A stretch of DNA of 64,000 nt from Oikopleura dioica (GCA_907165135.1 OU015568.1:10478001-10542000); one strand, 5' to 3'; shown: positions 12,478-25,977, counted from the first letter of the stretch. Notes: generated by a model not told the origin, from the letters alone. Numbers and translations are program-made.

Positions 12478-12684
12478 TTTATTTACAGACTGTAAGCAGA
12501 CAGGGTTATTCTCGAACGAAGCAGAAACCGTAACGAATTGGCACTGCTACGCGAAAAATTACTTTCCACGGCGCGCCAATCAGAAAATCGCTTCGAGCGA
12601 AGAAAAAAGCTGTTTCGTAAATTTGCGTTTGGCAGCTTTGGCTTTTGTCCGAATGAAGCGAAACGAGAAATCGGAGAAATTGAA

Positions 12685-15600
12685 ATGACCGAGAACTCGG
12701 TTGCCCAGTTTTCTAGGCTTGCCAGAGAACTCCTAAAGTAAGTAAAGAAAATGTAAATAATAAACGTTATTTATAGTGATTCGTGTAAAGTTCTATATTC
12801 ACGTTTTAAGCGTTCGCTCAGAAGAATGGAACACGACGAGAATATCTAACAAAACCCGTCTTTCCTCGTTCCTCTTTTTTCTTCGAAATCGCGGCCATGA
12901 GCTCCTTCAAAAAGTCGTCGACGAGAAAGAATCCGTAAACGATCCAGAATTCACCGATTTGATCATTCACACGGTAGTTTGTCTCTGTCGACTGCCGGTG
13001 AAGAATCTGCCACAGCTTGAGCCGCGGTTGGAAAGACGAAATCGGACTATAAGTAAATCCCAGCGAAAGAAAGAGTCGAAAAAGGTAGATTTGTGTTTTA
13101 AAAAATGCTTATTTCATGATTCTTTCCAGGGGATATGCGAAAAACGACCGATGATCAAGCCGTTTCATCGAGTCCTCCAAAGCGCTTTGGAAGAAAGTGA
13201 CTGCGAGCACGATTACAGTCTGATTCTAGCGAATTCTACGCAAATCATCCAGCGCGTTTCCTACCAGGGGATTCTTTACTTGCGTCCGATTTCAGATCTT
13301 CTGAGGAATTTGGCGGCTGCGCATGGAGATCGTGTGAAAATTGCTTATTTGATTGCGCTTTTCAGCAACTTGAGAGAACAAATAGCATGCGACAGAATCG
13401 TGGTAGAAGATGGATCGCAAACGGTGAAAATGATGATGGAACTGCTTTCGCTTGCGAAGCTGCTGTTGTTGGACGGAGAAGACAATCTTGGATTGAATGT
13501 GATTTTGATCATGATTAATGTCCTGCGAAGAGTGCAACTTGATCATTTATTCTCTGCTTCCTGGAGTTACATGCTCAATTTGAAACTGCTGGAACTGACT
13601 CCGTTATCGAAATTTACGAATATTCCGCTTTTGAAAGGTAGATTTTATCAAAATATTACAGTGACCATCATTAAACGAGCAACTGATACTGTTTACACAT
13701 TTTGTAAACAATGGTGACGATAAAATAAAAGTTTTTATATACATCTTGCAATAGAGCGCCATATTGTTTGCCAGGTGGTCTATTTTGACCAATTTGATCA
13801 TTATCTTCGAAATATTTTGAAAATTTTGAAACGAACTGACCTCCATTTTCAGATGTCTTGGAGCAAATACACTCGGCTGAACTAATTTTACGCAGGAGAA
13901 TCAATTCAATACTTTCTGGGAACACTCGAGCAAGTGCAGTCTTTCCCGTCCAGCATTGGAATGGTGAGCATGCTGAGAAACAATTCTCCCTCGCTCTTCA
14001 GACCAAAGATCTTTCTCCAGATCAAGCCAGCGACATTTGCCTATTCGCCAAGTTCACGAAAGCGATGCTTGTTCTCATCAACATTTGCTCAACAGAACTG
14101 CTCGATTTCATCAAAAACCTTCTTTCCCAAAGTTTCAACTGCTGCTGCCTGACCACCGCCGACATCTTCTCCAAAATAAGCGAACAGCGATTTTCATTCC
14201 TTCCATATTTACTAGCCCGCTGCGAGCAGCCTAAGTGCCCTAGATGCGTCACAAGAGATTCCAAGATCTGGGCTCCTCTTTCACAGTACACTTATTCTAA
14301 AATCAACTCTGAGGAAGAACGAGTCAACTATTTCACAACAATTCATCATTTAACTTCTGTCCTGCCGAAAAACGCCAACCGACTTTTGCTCGACTATCTG
14401 CTCCTTCCGATTTTATCGCAAAACCTCGACCAACTCGGCCGATCAACCGAAAATGAATCAAAACTTCAATTAATACTCGATTCCATTGGAAACACTTTAT
14501 CATCAATCACATTTGCGCCGCTGGGACTTTTCAAAACCTTCTTGAAAATGCTCAAGAAAGTCGACGTAGAAGGGACAAAAATGGTGCTTCCAATACTAAC
14601 GTCCTCGATGAAAGTCAGCACGTCGAATCAAGTCGAATCCCTTGAGCAGCAAAAGCTGGCCAAAGAGATCATTCTCATTTTCTGCAGAAGCACTAAGGCA
14701 GTTCTTATCGACGACGTTGGAAATTTAAAAATGGAAAATGATCAGCCCGTTCTCAATCCGTCCGAAGCTCTCCTCACTACCGACTGTTTGTTTTATTTGA
14801 CCCAACTCTACGAAGGAATAGCGCACAGCGACTTGTTGCGGAAGACTGTATTCAAAAATTTGCAGTTGAAAGATGTTATCAAAACCCTTCTTGCGCAGAG
14901 CATTTTTCTAGTTGGTGATCCGAGCATAGCGATAAACGCCGCGGGAGACTCGAGTTATATCTGCATTCCGAAGCATCATTCGATGCCGCTTACAACGAGG
15001 ATGGAAATTTTCAGCGTTCTTCTTGGCCTCTACACATTTTTCACAAGCCACTGTCATCTTCAATGGCCGACATTCGAAACTGCTGTTTTACCAGAAATCG
15101 CCAGTGATTTTGTGAGCAACACGAAGCATCTCAAACTCCAAGTCATAAACAATCTAACAAAAGTTCTCGAAGCGTCGCTGGAGCCAAAGCTGAAGAGCAC
15201 GAAAAAGAGTCCTCGCAAAAATCATCGAAGAAACAGATCCATCATTCTTGATCTTTCTGCTATTGAATCTTCAGAAGCTCCACTCACTAGATCTCCTCCT
15301 CCAGAAACCGTCAAAACAAAGAATACAAGGACCGTTATATTTCCTTGTATTATCAAGTTCGTATTCACCATTTTCGGGCTTTTCTGGGAAGATCAAAACT
15401 CTACTGAAGAACTACCTGGGCTTATCCCTTTACTAGAAAATGTACTGTCACTTCTTCACAGCCAAAAGAACGTTGAAATCTGCGCTAAGCACAATGTCCT
15501 TCTACTTGTTCTCCAAAAGTTCGACTTTCTTCTGGACACGGAAGATAATTCTAAGATCACAAAACTCATGCTCGAGCTCTTCTCAAAATCCTCACGCCAC

Positions 15601-18600
15601 TATGTTTCACCTGCTGCACTCCAACTCGTGCTCAACAAGCTCACGCGCCCTAAACCACCCATCACCGACATCACAACTTGCCTCAAAGACCTCTTCGAAA
15701 CAACCTCAAAAGTCTACGCCTCAATGCAAATTCCGATCACTATCGACAAGATTTACAATAATCTGTTTGACATAAGCGGTACTTCTGATTGGAATAATTC
15801 GGCTTGGAATCGAGGAATCATTCACCAAGAGATGAAAGACTTTTTAAAAGAAAGAGTCCATTTCTTGGACATTTTGTTTTTGGCTCTTCGGTGATTACGG
15901 CGAAGTGCATTCTGATGAGACTTGGAATCCAGAGCTTCATGACAACGATTCCAACGAGTCTCTTACTTCTTCAGATAATGGGCTAGTCATTCTTCAAGAA
16001 GAAATTTACGATCTTAACTTCATGAATGGAACTCACATTGCTAGCTTTGGAGAGAGTGATTATATGCTGCAACTTTGGATCGAAGGAAGCAAATTCCAGC
16101 TTCGAATTGTCACTGATAATAGAGATGGAAAACCACCAGGAATTCTCGCGAAACAGGAGGTAGACATCGAGCTGAAAAAGGGTCGCTGGGATCATGTGAG
16201 CTTCTCTGCGAAAGAAACCCGCGCAGCTTTGAAAGGCCATTTTGCCTTCGAGGTCGTCATTCAACTAAATTTGGCGACTGTTTTTGAAACAAGCATAGAA
16301 TTCCCACAGCTCGCGAAAACTCGAAAATCCCTCCGCTGGCAAACCATGCAGTGGGTCTTTGGTGACTCCCGAAGAGAAGAAGCGAATGAAGTCTTTGAAA
16401 ACACATTGAGAGTTTCTGGCTGTAAGATTTTCCGCGGGCGATTGATGGCTGACGAAATCATAGCTCTCTATCTTCTTGGCCCGGACAACCAAGACCTCAC
16501 TCTCACCACTGGCGATGAAAGCACAAGTCCGTTCAACCCATCAATGACAACTTTTCAACATGAGTTCCTCAAATATAATATCGAGGTGGAAAATATTGAC
16601 CTGGAGCAGTCTCTTACATTTCGTCCGAACCTAAATGTTCTTCGCGAGAAGATATTTCTATCATGGAATGCTAAATCACCCGAATCGCTTTGGCTCTTTG
16701 GACCTGTCTCAAATAAGGGATCTCTCTTCCAGTCACAAAAAGCGGAGCCATTTCAGCCTATAAGTCAAAAAGCCCGAGTCATCAGAGCTCCACTTCTTCA
16801 AGGTCAAATCCGAGCAGATAGAAGCGCAGCACTCGATTCTGCAGTTTATCAACTGGGTGGTGTAAGGCCGTTCCTGCTTCTCTTTTCAAATTCAATGACA
16901 CCGATTTCCTCGACATCAGTCCAAATTGAATCTCTTTTCGTTCTGCTTTCAGCGATTCGCTTGAACAACTCCTTCGCCAGGGACTTCCATCAATTGAAAG
17001 GCCATCTGATGGTCAAACAAGTCATTCAAGCTGGAAACCCATACCCTGATCTTTTGAGAACTCTTGTAGGATTCGCCTGCCATGGGCGTATTTTTGATGA
17101 TAACGGAAATATTCTCCAAGATACGAGCGCAGTCATCACTGATACATCGATGCTGAACCATCTTATTCTCGGTAAAATTCTCGATCTAATTATCCAACTA
17201 AAACTATTCTTAGATTGCAACTTGTGGTGCGTTGATCCGAAGGCTTGGGCGCTGCAGTTTGAAGTTCTAAAAGCACTCGTGCACGACAATCACAAATACC
17301 GAGCTTTCAACGTCAAGACACTTGTCCAAGCTGGCGCTGTGTTGAAACTTCTCGAAACCCTCCAAATCTCTCTCTCAGAACGACCAAAAATGGAGATGCC
17401 ACTCTTCGTTGGAAATATGATGGTCGATCTGATACGAGCTTTAATAGGATATCCCCCCGATACGCAAATAATCGCAAAAGTCTTTGATTTCTGCTGCTCA
17501 GTACACCCGCCTTCAGAAGCTTATGTGACAAATACGCGAAAGAAATTCTACTTCTATCCTCGATTTGAAAGTGCTCATGGATCTCAATCTATGCAAACGA
17601 AGTTGGAGAGGTCACAGTCTCTCGATGCGCTCCCGTCAGCAACAATGATCGAATTTGAGGGCGAAAAATTACATCTCCGAAGCTTATCAGAAGCCATTCA
17701 GCCTTCTGTTTCCGCTCCGATTCAAGCTATCTTCTGAATGATGGAAAGAGACCTTCCCCATTTCGCTCCCGTCATCTGAAGAAAGAGCTCTTTCATGTAG
17801 ATATTCTTGACGGTACGCCATCTGACGATTTTCTCGAGCATTCCAATCATTCACCAGTTGAGGGCCAGTCGCCACAGCCTATTAATTACTCTGCTAAATC
17901 GAGTGACAATGATGACTCAGTTGATCTCGGAGAATGTCGAGGTGCAACAAATAGCGTGTTGAATGAATGGGATGTTCTTAGAAGAACGAATAGTGATGCT
18001 TCAGCTGGGTATGTTCTTACCGATGGAACTGCAAATTTAGTGAACGGACTCCTGGAAGTTTTGCGGCATGCAGTTGTGCTTCTCCCAGATACACAAATAA
18101 AAACAGTTCTCAACGATGTCGTCATCAACTGGGAAACGCTTGTTGTTCTTGCCAATTCCAACGACGATTCTATCCGATGCGCTTCTCTACGATTGTTTCA
18201 TGATTATCTACAGCGCGCCTCGGTCGAAATCAGACACCAAATTGTTCGAGGCAAAGCTTTCATGTTATTTGCAAACCAGCTTTATCAGCATCAATCAACT
18301 GCAGAACTCGTCGAAAGCGCACTTTTGCTTATTTCAAGCCGTGCTGAACCTCTCCTCGAAGCTACTAGTGGATCAGTTCGCGAGCTTGATCCAACTGCTT
18401 TGCCTGCCGTCGCTCCGCTGATCGCCCTTCTTGAGAATGCAGTCGGTGACGATTTCGTTTTGGATCTTGTTTGCATGAATGTTCGAAATCTATTTGAGGC
18501 TCATGACGAGCTTGGAGATACAATGATGGATAGAGGTTTGAGCATCGTTCTTTGCAACGCGATTGCGAAGCAAGTCTCAATGAAGGAGCCAGTTTCGCCA

Positions 18601-21600
18601 TCTTTGCTCGGCTTGCTCCATTCTGTTACAATTCGCTGTGCCACGACGAACACGGAACATTTCCGAATCATGTCTGACATTATCGAGTCCCTCGCACATC
18701 TTGAGCTAAAAGAGATTGAGCTCGACGAAGATACCGTCGATTTCATCGATGATGAAAAACACAATGATCTGTCGAGTACGTCAGATACTTGTGAGGCGTG
18801 TTCGCGTGTAACTGAAATAAGAAGGGTGCTATTTTCAGTTTACTTGGTTGCTATCGAAAGTTTGATGAAAAATACGGATCTCGGCCTCACTGAATTACAG
18901 AGTGAGGAGATCCTTGCGGCGGATATGTTTGCCTCGTCCGAGAAAATGCCGAGCTCGAACATGTCCACGCCGAAAAAACAGAATCTCAACATATCGACTC
19001 ATAACTCCCCAACCAAACTGAAAATTTCTGAAATTGATTTGATAACCCGTGTTGGTGTTCTCTTCAAAAGCGCTACATCGAAGATTCTTTGTCAAGGCCC
19101 ATCGCGCTGTCGCCATCACAATGACTTGCTCTCTAATGAGCTTATTTCAAAATACTCCCAACGATCTGGAATGGTACCCTCAACTCCTGCAAAACCTGAT
19201 AATGTTGACAACGATAGTGCATTTGCCATTCGCATATTTGATATCCTTCTCTACTGGTCCTCAGAAGCATCCAAATTTGATACGAAAGTTCCATGGATTA
19301 CAAAATATCATCATGCGGAGACGTCCCTCAACAAGCTTGCTCGAAATTACTCAAGAAAGTCCAAGCTTGCACGAAGATTGATGCTCAAACTGCCACTTTC
19401 AGAGCAGTTTGTCTCCTTGATCAATTTTATGCTTTCACCACAGGGAGGTAAAGCCCGCTTAGTACCTCTGAAAATCGTTAAAGAGCCCGAGCGAAAGAAC
19501 ATTCTTCTTTTTATTTTCAATGGAGCTGAGGCTGAGGCGGAGCAAGTCCAGCTCTATTTGCATTATCTATTTTTCTATCACAGCGCGAATATGGAACAGA
19601 ACGACATTGACGCTTTGAACCAACTTGTTGTCCTTATGAGCCAACTCGGTTACGATCCGCCATCAAACGGTCCTTCTGAGATCAAAGTTTCAGAAGCAAA
19701 ACAGCGAATGTATGAAAAGAAGCGCGCCAAATTACGAACAGCGTGGCTCAAGCAAGGGGACGAGCAATTCCGACAAATTGTTGAGAGAGCGTTCAATTAC
19801 TCCGATCACATCGCAACATCGTCCAGTGAAGTGACTCAAGTTGTTGTTAATCGACAAAATATATTACGACGAAGATTGATATCCCTTGTAAAGGCGATGG
19901 CTGCCAACGATGTTAAATCAAGAGATGTCTGGAGAAAGATCATTTCTCAGCTCAATCACGAAAGAGCTGTTTGGCACAACGTCTCTCAGACTGGAATGGT
20001 TTGGCAGCTTTCCCCATCCGAAGGTCCTTATGGCGAAAGACGACGCTTAGAAAGAGCAAACCCAAGAATAAAGTCAAAATTCGTAAGAAGTATATCCACG
20101 GAGATCTATGATGCTCTGAATGAACCGGACTCGATGAAATCGCTTCCAATGATGAATTTCCTGAAAGAAGACCCCGCTGAAGACAACAAAGCTGTCATCG
20201 AGTGGCTCCATATCCACGAACAAATCACAAATACTGAAAAATGTCGTAAAATCACGCCCGAGCACGAAGCAAACGGGGAGCTTTTGCTTTCGCCGACTAA
20301 AATGTTCTATGTTGGAGACGAGCCTCTATCGAGTTGCTTTGTAGCTAGAGGATTGATCGACGAAAGTGGTTTTTGCAAACACTGGGAAATTTCGTCCGTA
20401 AAAAGACTAAATCGACGATGGTTCGGGTTGATCGACTGTGCTCTCGAAATTGCATTCAACGATGGGCGCACCGAAATGTTCGCATTCTCAACCTTCGACA
20501 TTCGCGAAAACGTTTATACAACACTGTCAAAACTCTCGCCACCGGAAGCACCGGGAAGCTCGCTCCAAGATATGACAAGTAAATGGCAGAAAGGCGAAAT
20601 TTCTAACTTTGCATATTTGATGGCTCTTAATACTTTTGCTGGGCGAACATTCAATGATCTCATGCAATACCCAGTCTTTCCGTTCATTCTGAGAAATTAC
20701 ACAGAGGAAACTTTAGATTTGTCTAGTTGCGAAAGCTACAGAAATTTGATGGTGCCGATCTCTGTCCAGAATGACGAAAAAGAGAGATGTTCCAAGAGCG
20801 CTACCACTTTTTGTCAGAAGAGTTCAAACGAAACCCAGAAGCTACCGCTCCTTATCACTACGGCTCGCACTACTCTAACTCCGGAACAGTTCTTCATTTT
20901 CTTCTTCGACTGCCGCCGTTTACCAAGATGTTTCTCGAGTATCAAGACCAAAGTTTCGACCTTCCAGACAGAACATTTCATTCTATCGCAACCGCATGGA
21001 AACTCGCAAGCAATGACTCAGCAACGGACGTAAAAGAGCTTGTCCCGGAGTTCTTTTTCCTCCCAGAGTTTCTGCTTAACAATGAAAACTTCAATTTCGG
21101 AATAAGGCAAAATGGAAAAAGAGTACATCACGTGACGTTACCGCCTTGGTGCAATAATGATGCGCGCATGTTCATAAGTATTCATAGACAGGTAAAGCAT
21201 GGTTTATCTAATAACTGACTAACACGAATTGAAGGCACTCGAGTCTGCTCATGTAAGCAGCCAGCTACATCACTGGATCGATTTAGTTTTCGGACACAAA
21301 CAGACAGGCTCCGAAGCGATCAAGGCCTGCAACGTCTTTCATCCAATGACGTACTTCGGTGTCGATGTTGCATCTGAAACCGATCCCGTCAAGCGAACTG
21401 CGTTGGAGACGATGATCAAGACGTATGGTCAGACCCCGAAGCAGCTCTTTACCTCACCACATCCTCATCGCACAAAAGCAGATATTGAGTCGCTCAAGAA
21501 ACACGAGCGCGCTAAAGACCTTGAAGATGGTATTTTAGCTAACGTTAGTGGATTGAAGTGGGGTAACTGGTGTGGAAGCCCAACGCTTACCCCTCCTATC

Positions 21601-22564
21601 ATGATTTTGAAGAAAGCATTCAATTCATCGGCGGCTGTTCACGTCACTGCCTTCAGCAAGACAGACTGTGCGGTTCTCCCACCAAACACACGACTCGTTG
21701 GGAATTCCTTGCTAAGCTTTGATCACGATGATCGCATTCTACGACTGAAAACAGGGCGAACAAAGATAAATCTTCTAAAGCCAGAAGTCGATGACCAAAT
21801 CGTCTGTGCCGAGCCCGTTTCAAAGTCTCAGTTTATCATCGGTTTCGCGACCGGAATCATACAAATTTGGAACCTTGAAACATCAAAAACCAGGTAAAAT
21901 TTACTAACTGGAGCTCCAACTTTAATTTATTAGACCGAGTCTTCTTGACGGGAGTTTTCTTATTGGCCATTCTGATCGAATTCACGCTTTTGCTGTGTGC
22001 CCTGAGTTCTCTATCATTGTATCTGCATCGGAAGATGGCTCGGCAATTATTTGGGATCTCAATTCGCGAACCTATATTCGATCGCTTCAAGGTCATCCTG
22101 CCGGAGTAAACTGTGTTGCGACGGCTAACCAGACTGGTGAAATCGTCACAGTTTGTTCAAAAGACGACGAGCGACATTCACAACTTCGATTGTGGACGAT
22201 AAATGGTCAACTTGTTGCTGCTTGTGATGCTCAATCGCCCGTTCTTTGTACCAAATGGACTAATGCTGTTGAAGGTACTATCTCTCAGTTTTGTTATAGA
22301 TTTTAACTCAATTTAGGGCGCGCTTGCAATGCAGTCATCACTGGCCACGTGGACGGCTCCATTCATTTTTGGTCTAGCATTGATCTTTCGCATGTTCGGT
22401 CTTTGTCAACCACCGCCGCTAGCTGCATTTCGATTGCATTATCTGACTCTGGAGGAGTCCTCTTTACTCTCGGATCTGATGGGCTTCTTTCAGTCTGGGC
22501 GCAATCAGAGAATCAGCGCGAGACAAGAAAGCCGCTAGTGGTCAGCTTCGAAAAGACAGCTTGA
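12685..22564 (+). CDS. LYST: Lysosomal-trafficking regulator (BEACH/WD40 protein)
   Basis: N-terminus [17 protein letters not shown]...[10 protein letters not shown] resembles LYST. ConA-like region [15 protein letters not shown]-like [18 protein letters not shown] motifs [47 protein letters not shown] and ELVPEFF. C-terminal WD40 repeats. Short GT-AG introns. Apparent 1-nt indels near 12840, 15841-15849, 17664-17668 and 20777-20781. Confidence 0.92.
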
Positions 22565-22738
22565 TAAATTCACTCTTGTAAATAGATTCGATACTTCTGT
22601 ACGTTATCTTCGATACTTCTACCTTCTTTGGGTAGTTTTACCTAAAAGTCCCTATTTCTTCATCCCATTGTCCAGAAATTACATTTATCCATTCGATAAC
22701 TCTTCACACGCCACCAATAAAAGCAAACTGATATTCAG

Positions 22739-23226
22739 ATGTTGTCTCGTCTTGAATTTGAGCAAAATATTAAGCAATTATGCAACGAAACACCTTTTTG
22801 GACAAGCGATAGCAAGACGCTAAAATTTGAGCAGGAAATCAAGTAACGCATTTATTAATATTTTATGAGAAAGCCTTTGATTTAAGCTTTGAAGAAGAAG
22901 AGCATATCTTATTCATTTTGATCGAGTTTTCTGAAAGCTACGCAGTTCCTACTCTTGCCTTCTCATTGTCAACTCTTGAAGGTGCCCGAGTTGCTCCTGA
23001 GAAATGCTGGGAAAAGATTTTTGACGATAAAAGCTCGTTCGTTGGGAATATTTCTGTAGAAGATTGCAAATACCAAGCAAAGCCTCTTCGTATTTATAAA
23101 CTTCACCCTTGCGCTACTCCGAAAGTGATGGAAGGACTTACAAACGCTGAGAATCTGACGAAATCTATTGTGAATATTTTAACGACTCCTTTCCACTCAT
23201 ACCACAATCAAATTGTTCTTTCCTAA
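22739..23226 (+). CDS. ATG10: Autophagy E2-like enzyme ATG10
   Basis: Two exons: MLSRLEFEQNI...|...IEFSESYAVPTLAF...IYKLHPCATPKVM. Catalytic HPC motif. TTCAG immediately before the ATG. Confidence 0.75.
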
Positions 23227-23260
23227 ATCGTCACTTTTTTATAAATTTAGAGCAAATAAA

Positions 23261-24896
23261 ATGTCTAAAAATGATTGGCATTTCTCTGAAAAGGGATCAA
23301 TTTGCAGACCCATAAAATCACTAGAAGAGCTTTTATTCTGGGATGAAGATCAAATTTTGTCAGAGGAAGCAACAACTGATATTATTCCTATTACCCCTGC
23401 ACCAGATGGTCTTGTCCGAAAAGTTAAAAGAGGAGTCAAGAATAAGCTGATTCTTTGCCACGATATGAAAGTAAATTTTTGCGTATATTTGATTCAATCA
23501 CTTTATAAAGGGTGGATACAACGATGACATTTACCCGAATGGTGATGATGGACTTAAAATTCCGAGTGAGATTTGGGAGCAGACAAGCATGTTCATCTAC
23601 TTTTCGCATAATTTTATAACCGTTCCAAGTATGGCCATGAAAATATTCTCCAAAAAATGAACTTCTAGCTACTTCTTGGATTGAAAAATCTCACCAGAAT
23701 GGCGCTCTTTGTCTTGGAACCTTCATAACAGAATGGGATGAGGGCAAATTCCGATGTTGTGCTGTGCTAAGAAATTTTGAGCTCGCAGTCAATCAAATGC
23801 TCAAATTGCAGCGAGTTTACGGCTTCGATGGCTGGCTGATAAATATTGAAAACGAAGTTCCTGAGCAACTCCTTCCAAATTTAGTTGAGTTTCTGAGATT
23901 ACTAAAGGAGCGATCACTCGTTATTTGGTACGACGCTGTTACATCGGAAGGCAAGCTTCAGTGGCAAGACCATTTGAACGACAAAAATGAAATATTCTTC
24001 GAGTACAGCGACGGTCTATTTACTAATTATACGTGGACGGAGGAAAAAATAAAGGCCGGAGAGGAGTTCTGTGATCGAAAGAGCATCCCTAAGGAGAAGG
24101 TCTACCACGGTGTTGATGTTTTTGGAAGGAACACTTATGGAGGTGGAGAACAGAACCTAGGGTCGGCACCGACCCGACCAAAAACCCGACCTGGTCGGAA
24201 ATGGTCGGGTTTTTATGGGCACCAACCAGCCCGACCTCATATTTTGTACCTCGATTTTGGATGGTCGGCTTTTGGTCGGTTTTGGTCGGTTTTTTTGTGT
24301 CTTTTGGTCGGGTTGGTCGGTTTTTGGTCGGTTTTAACCTACGCATTTGAGCGATTTTTTATTTCTCTCCGGCGACAAGAAAAAATCGACGGCGAGTCCG
24401 GGCTAAAGCTCTTAAAAATTTAACTTTTCATGGCGAATCGACTGCCACAGTAAAATGCTTCGATCCGAGGCCCTCGAGGGCTGTGTGCGATAGAAGAATG
24501 TTGACAAATGTTAATTTTGCTCATTAAAAAAACCGACCAAAAAAAACGACCAAAAAAGCCGACCCGACCGACCAAAACGACCACGGATTTGGCCTCTTTT
24601 CACGGGGACCGACCAAACCGACCCCGAAAAATGGTGGTCGGTGCCGACCCTAGAACAGAACACACATCTTTCAGTAGCAAAAGCAAAGGAGCATGGATTC
24701 AATTCTGGTAAAAAATTATATCTTTCTTTCATTAAGGTATTTCAATAGCTATGTTCGCTCCTGGATGGCTCGTGGAGAAAAATATCTCCGAAGAGGAGCA
24801 AAGTTCTTTTTGGGACAATATCAAAAGTGCAATAAGAAACTAATTCTTGACTGTGTAGAAATGTCTTCAATCAAATCATGCATGCAATACTCGTAA
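23261..24896 (+). CDS. ENGASE: Cytosolic endo-beta-N-acetylglucosaminidase (GH85), coding exon interrupted by a MITE in this haplotype
   Basis: CHDMKGGY, FIYFSH, GTFITEW, catalytic FDGWLINIEN, YDAV, FTNYTW, GVDVFGR and IAMFAPGW motifs in order. Insertion at 24157-24653 splits GGGEQN|THL. Confidence 0.88.
24157..24653. mobile_element. hAT-like MITE (497 bp) inserted in an ENGase exon
   Basis: 18-bp perfect TIR CTAGGGTCGGCACCGACC. 8-bp TSD AACAGAAC (24149-24156, 24654-24661). Dense GGTCG/CGACC subterminal repeats. Confidence 0.92.
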
Positions 24897-25012
24897 TAAA
24901 TAATGTTCAGAAAGAAAACTAAGAAATAATTTTTGATTCGGTTGTATTTGAAATATTGAACTTTGTGGAATGTAAATAAAATGTACAAATAGAATAAGAA
25001 GCAAGTCAATTT

Positions 25013-25501
25013 TTAAAGCCGTCGGTTTGATCGAGGTCGAGAAATAGTGATGAAACTCGTTGATCGTTTTCTAGCACCCCGACGGCAGAGAACTTTGCCT
25101 CGTCGATTAACGGAGAGGGTGCAGTCGGTGGACTTGTTGGTGAAAGACTGGAATTTCTTGTGAGTAGATTTGTTCTCCATCCGCCAAAGAGAACCTTCAG
25201 TGGCAAGGAAGGAAGATGAGATTTTTCCTCGGCTGGAGACAGTCAGGAACTCGCCGGTTTCTTTCGACTGGATGAGCATGAGCTGCTGTGCGATCTGGAT
25301 GAAGGTAAGAAGATTTTCTTTGCTTCGGACTCGTTTGACTCCTCTTGGCTTGTCGGAGACTTTGAGGCCGTATCCGGAGTAGTTGTAGAGATATCCTTCG
25401 TTTGCGTGCGACTCGTAGATAATGTCCTGGTCGATGATAGGAAGGTGAGTGTCGATTGAGACGGTAGCGGGTTCGACAATTCGCTGGATAAGAGCTGGCA
25501 T
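25013..25501 (-). CDS. Divergent fibroblast growth factor family protein, single exon, no signal peptide
   Basis: 162-aa ORF with FGF beta-trefoil spacing: GYLYNYSGYGLKV..PRGV, MLIQSKETGEFLTVSSRGKI, FQSFTNK..CTLSVNRRGKV, STSFIT. Subfamily cannot be assigned by eye. Confidence 0.65.
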   Translation of the reverse strand: MPALIQRIVEPATVSIDTHLPIIDQDIIYESHANEGYLYNYSGYGLKVSDKPRGVKRVRSKENLLTFIQIAQQLMLIQSKETGEFLTVSSRGKISSSFLATEGSLWRMENKSTHKKFQSFTNKSTDCTLSVNRRGKVLCRRGARKRSTSFITISRPRSNRRL

Positions 25502-25977
25502 TTTTTGTTTGTTGGTTTTTGCTTGTTTGATATGACTTTTTGATTCCTATATGTCACTTTTATATCTGCAAAAAATAGCGCCATCTTTCTCCGCATATGG
25601 CAATTAGGCAATGGTAATTGGTCGCTACAGCTGGCGCTAGAAAGTGCCGACGCCGCTTCCGATACTGATCTATGCTTGATATTGAAACAGATTTAGATGG
25701 CGCGGCCATATGGCGTTTTTACGATTGATCTCTCTGCGGCGATGCTTTGATACTGCCCTACCAGGCCATGTTTTGCTTGTCCTGGAACTTATGAGGACAG
25801 ATTTATTGAATCACTTTTGATAATAATTTCGTACACTTTTACTGCATGCATAGAATATTTCAACCGAATGGAGCATAATTCAACAAACACTCATTCTTTA
25901 TTTAAAAAGTATCTGTGGTGTTTATTATCAATTAATTGTTTTAAAGACATATCGGACGGGATTTCACAACATTTTTT

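Noticed and set aside
12685-22564. Programmed ribosomal frameshifting in LYST, IGF2R and other genes
   Set aside because: The shifts go in both directions, sit in homopolymers, and lack a shared slippery heptamer or downstream structure. Sequencing error is much simpler.
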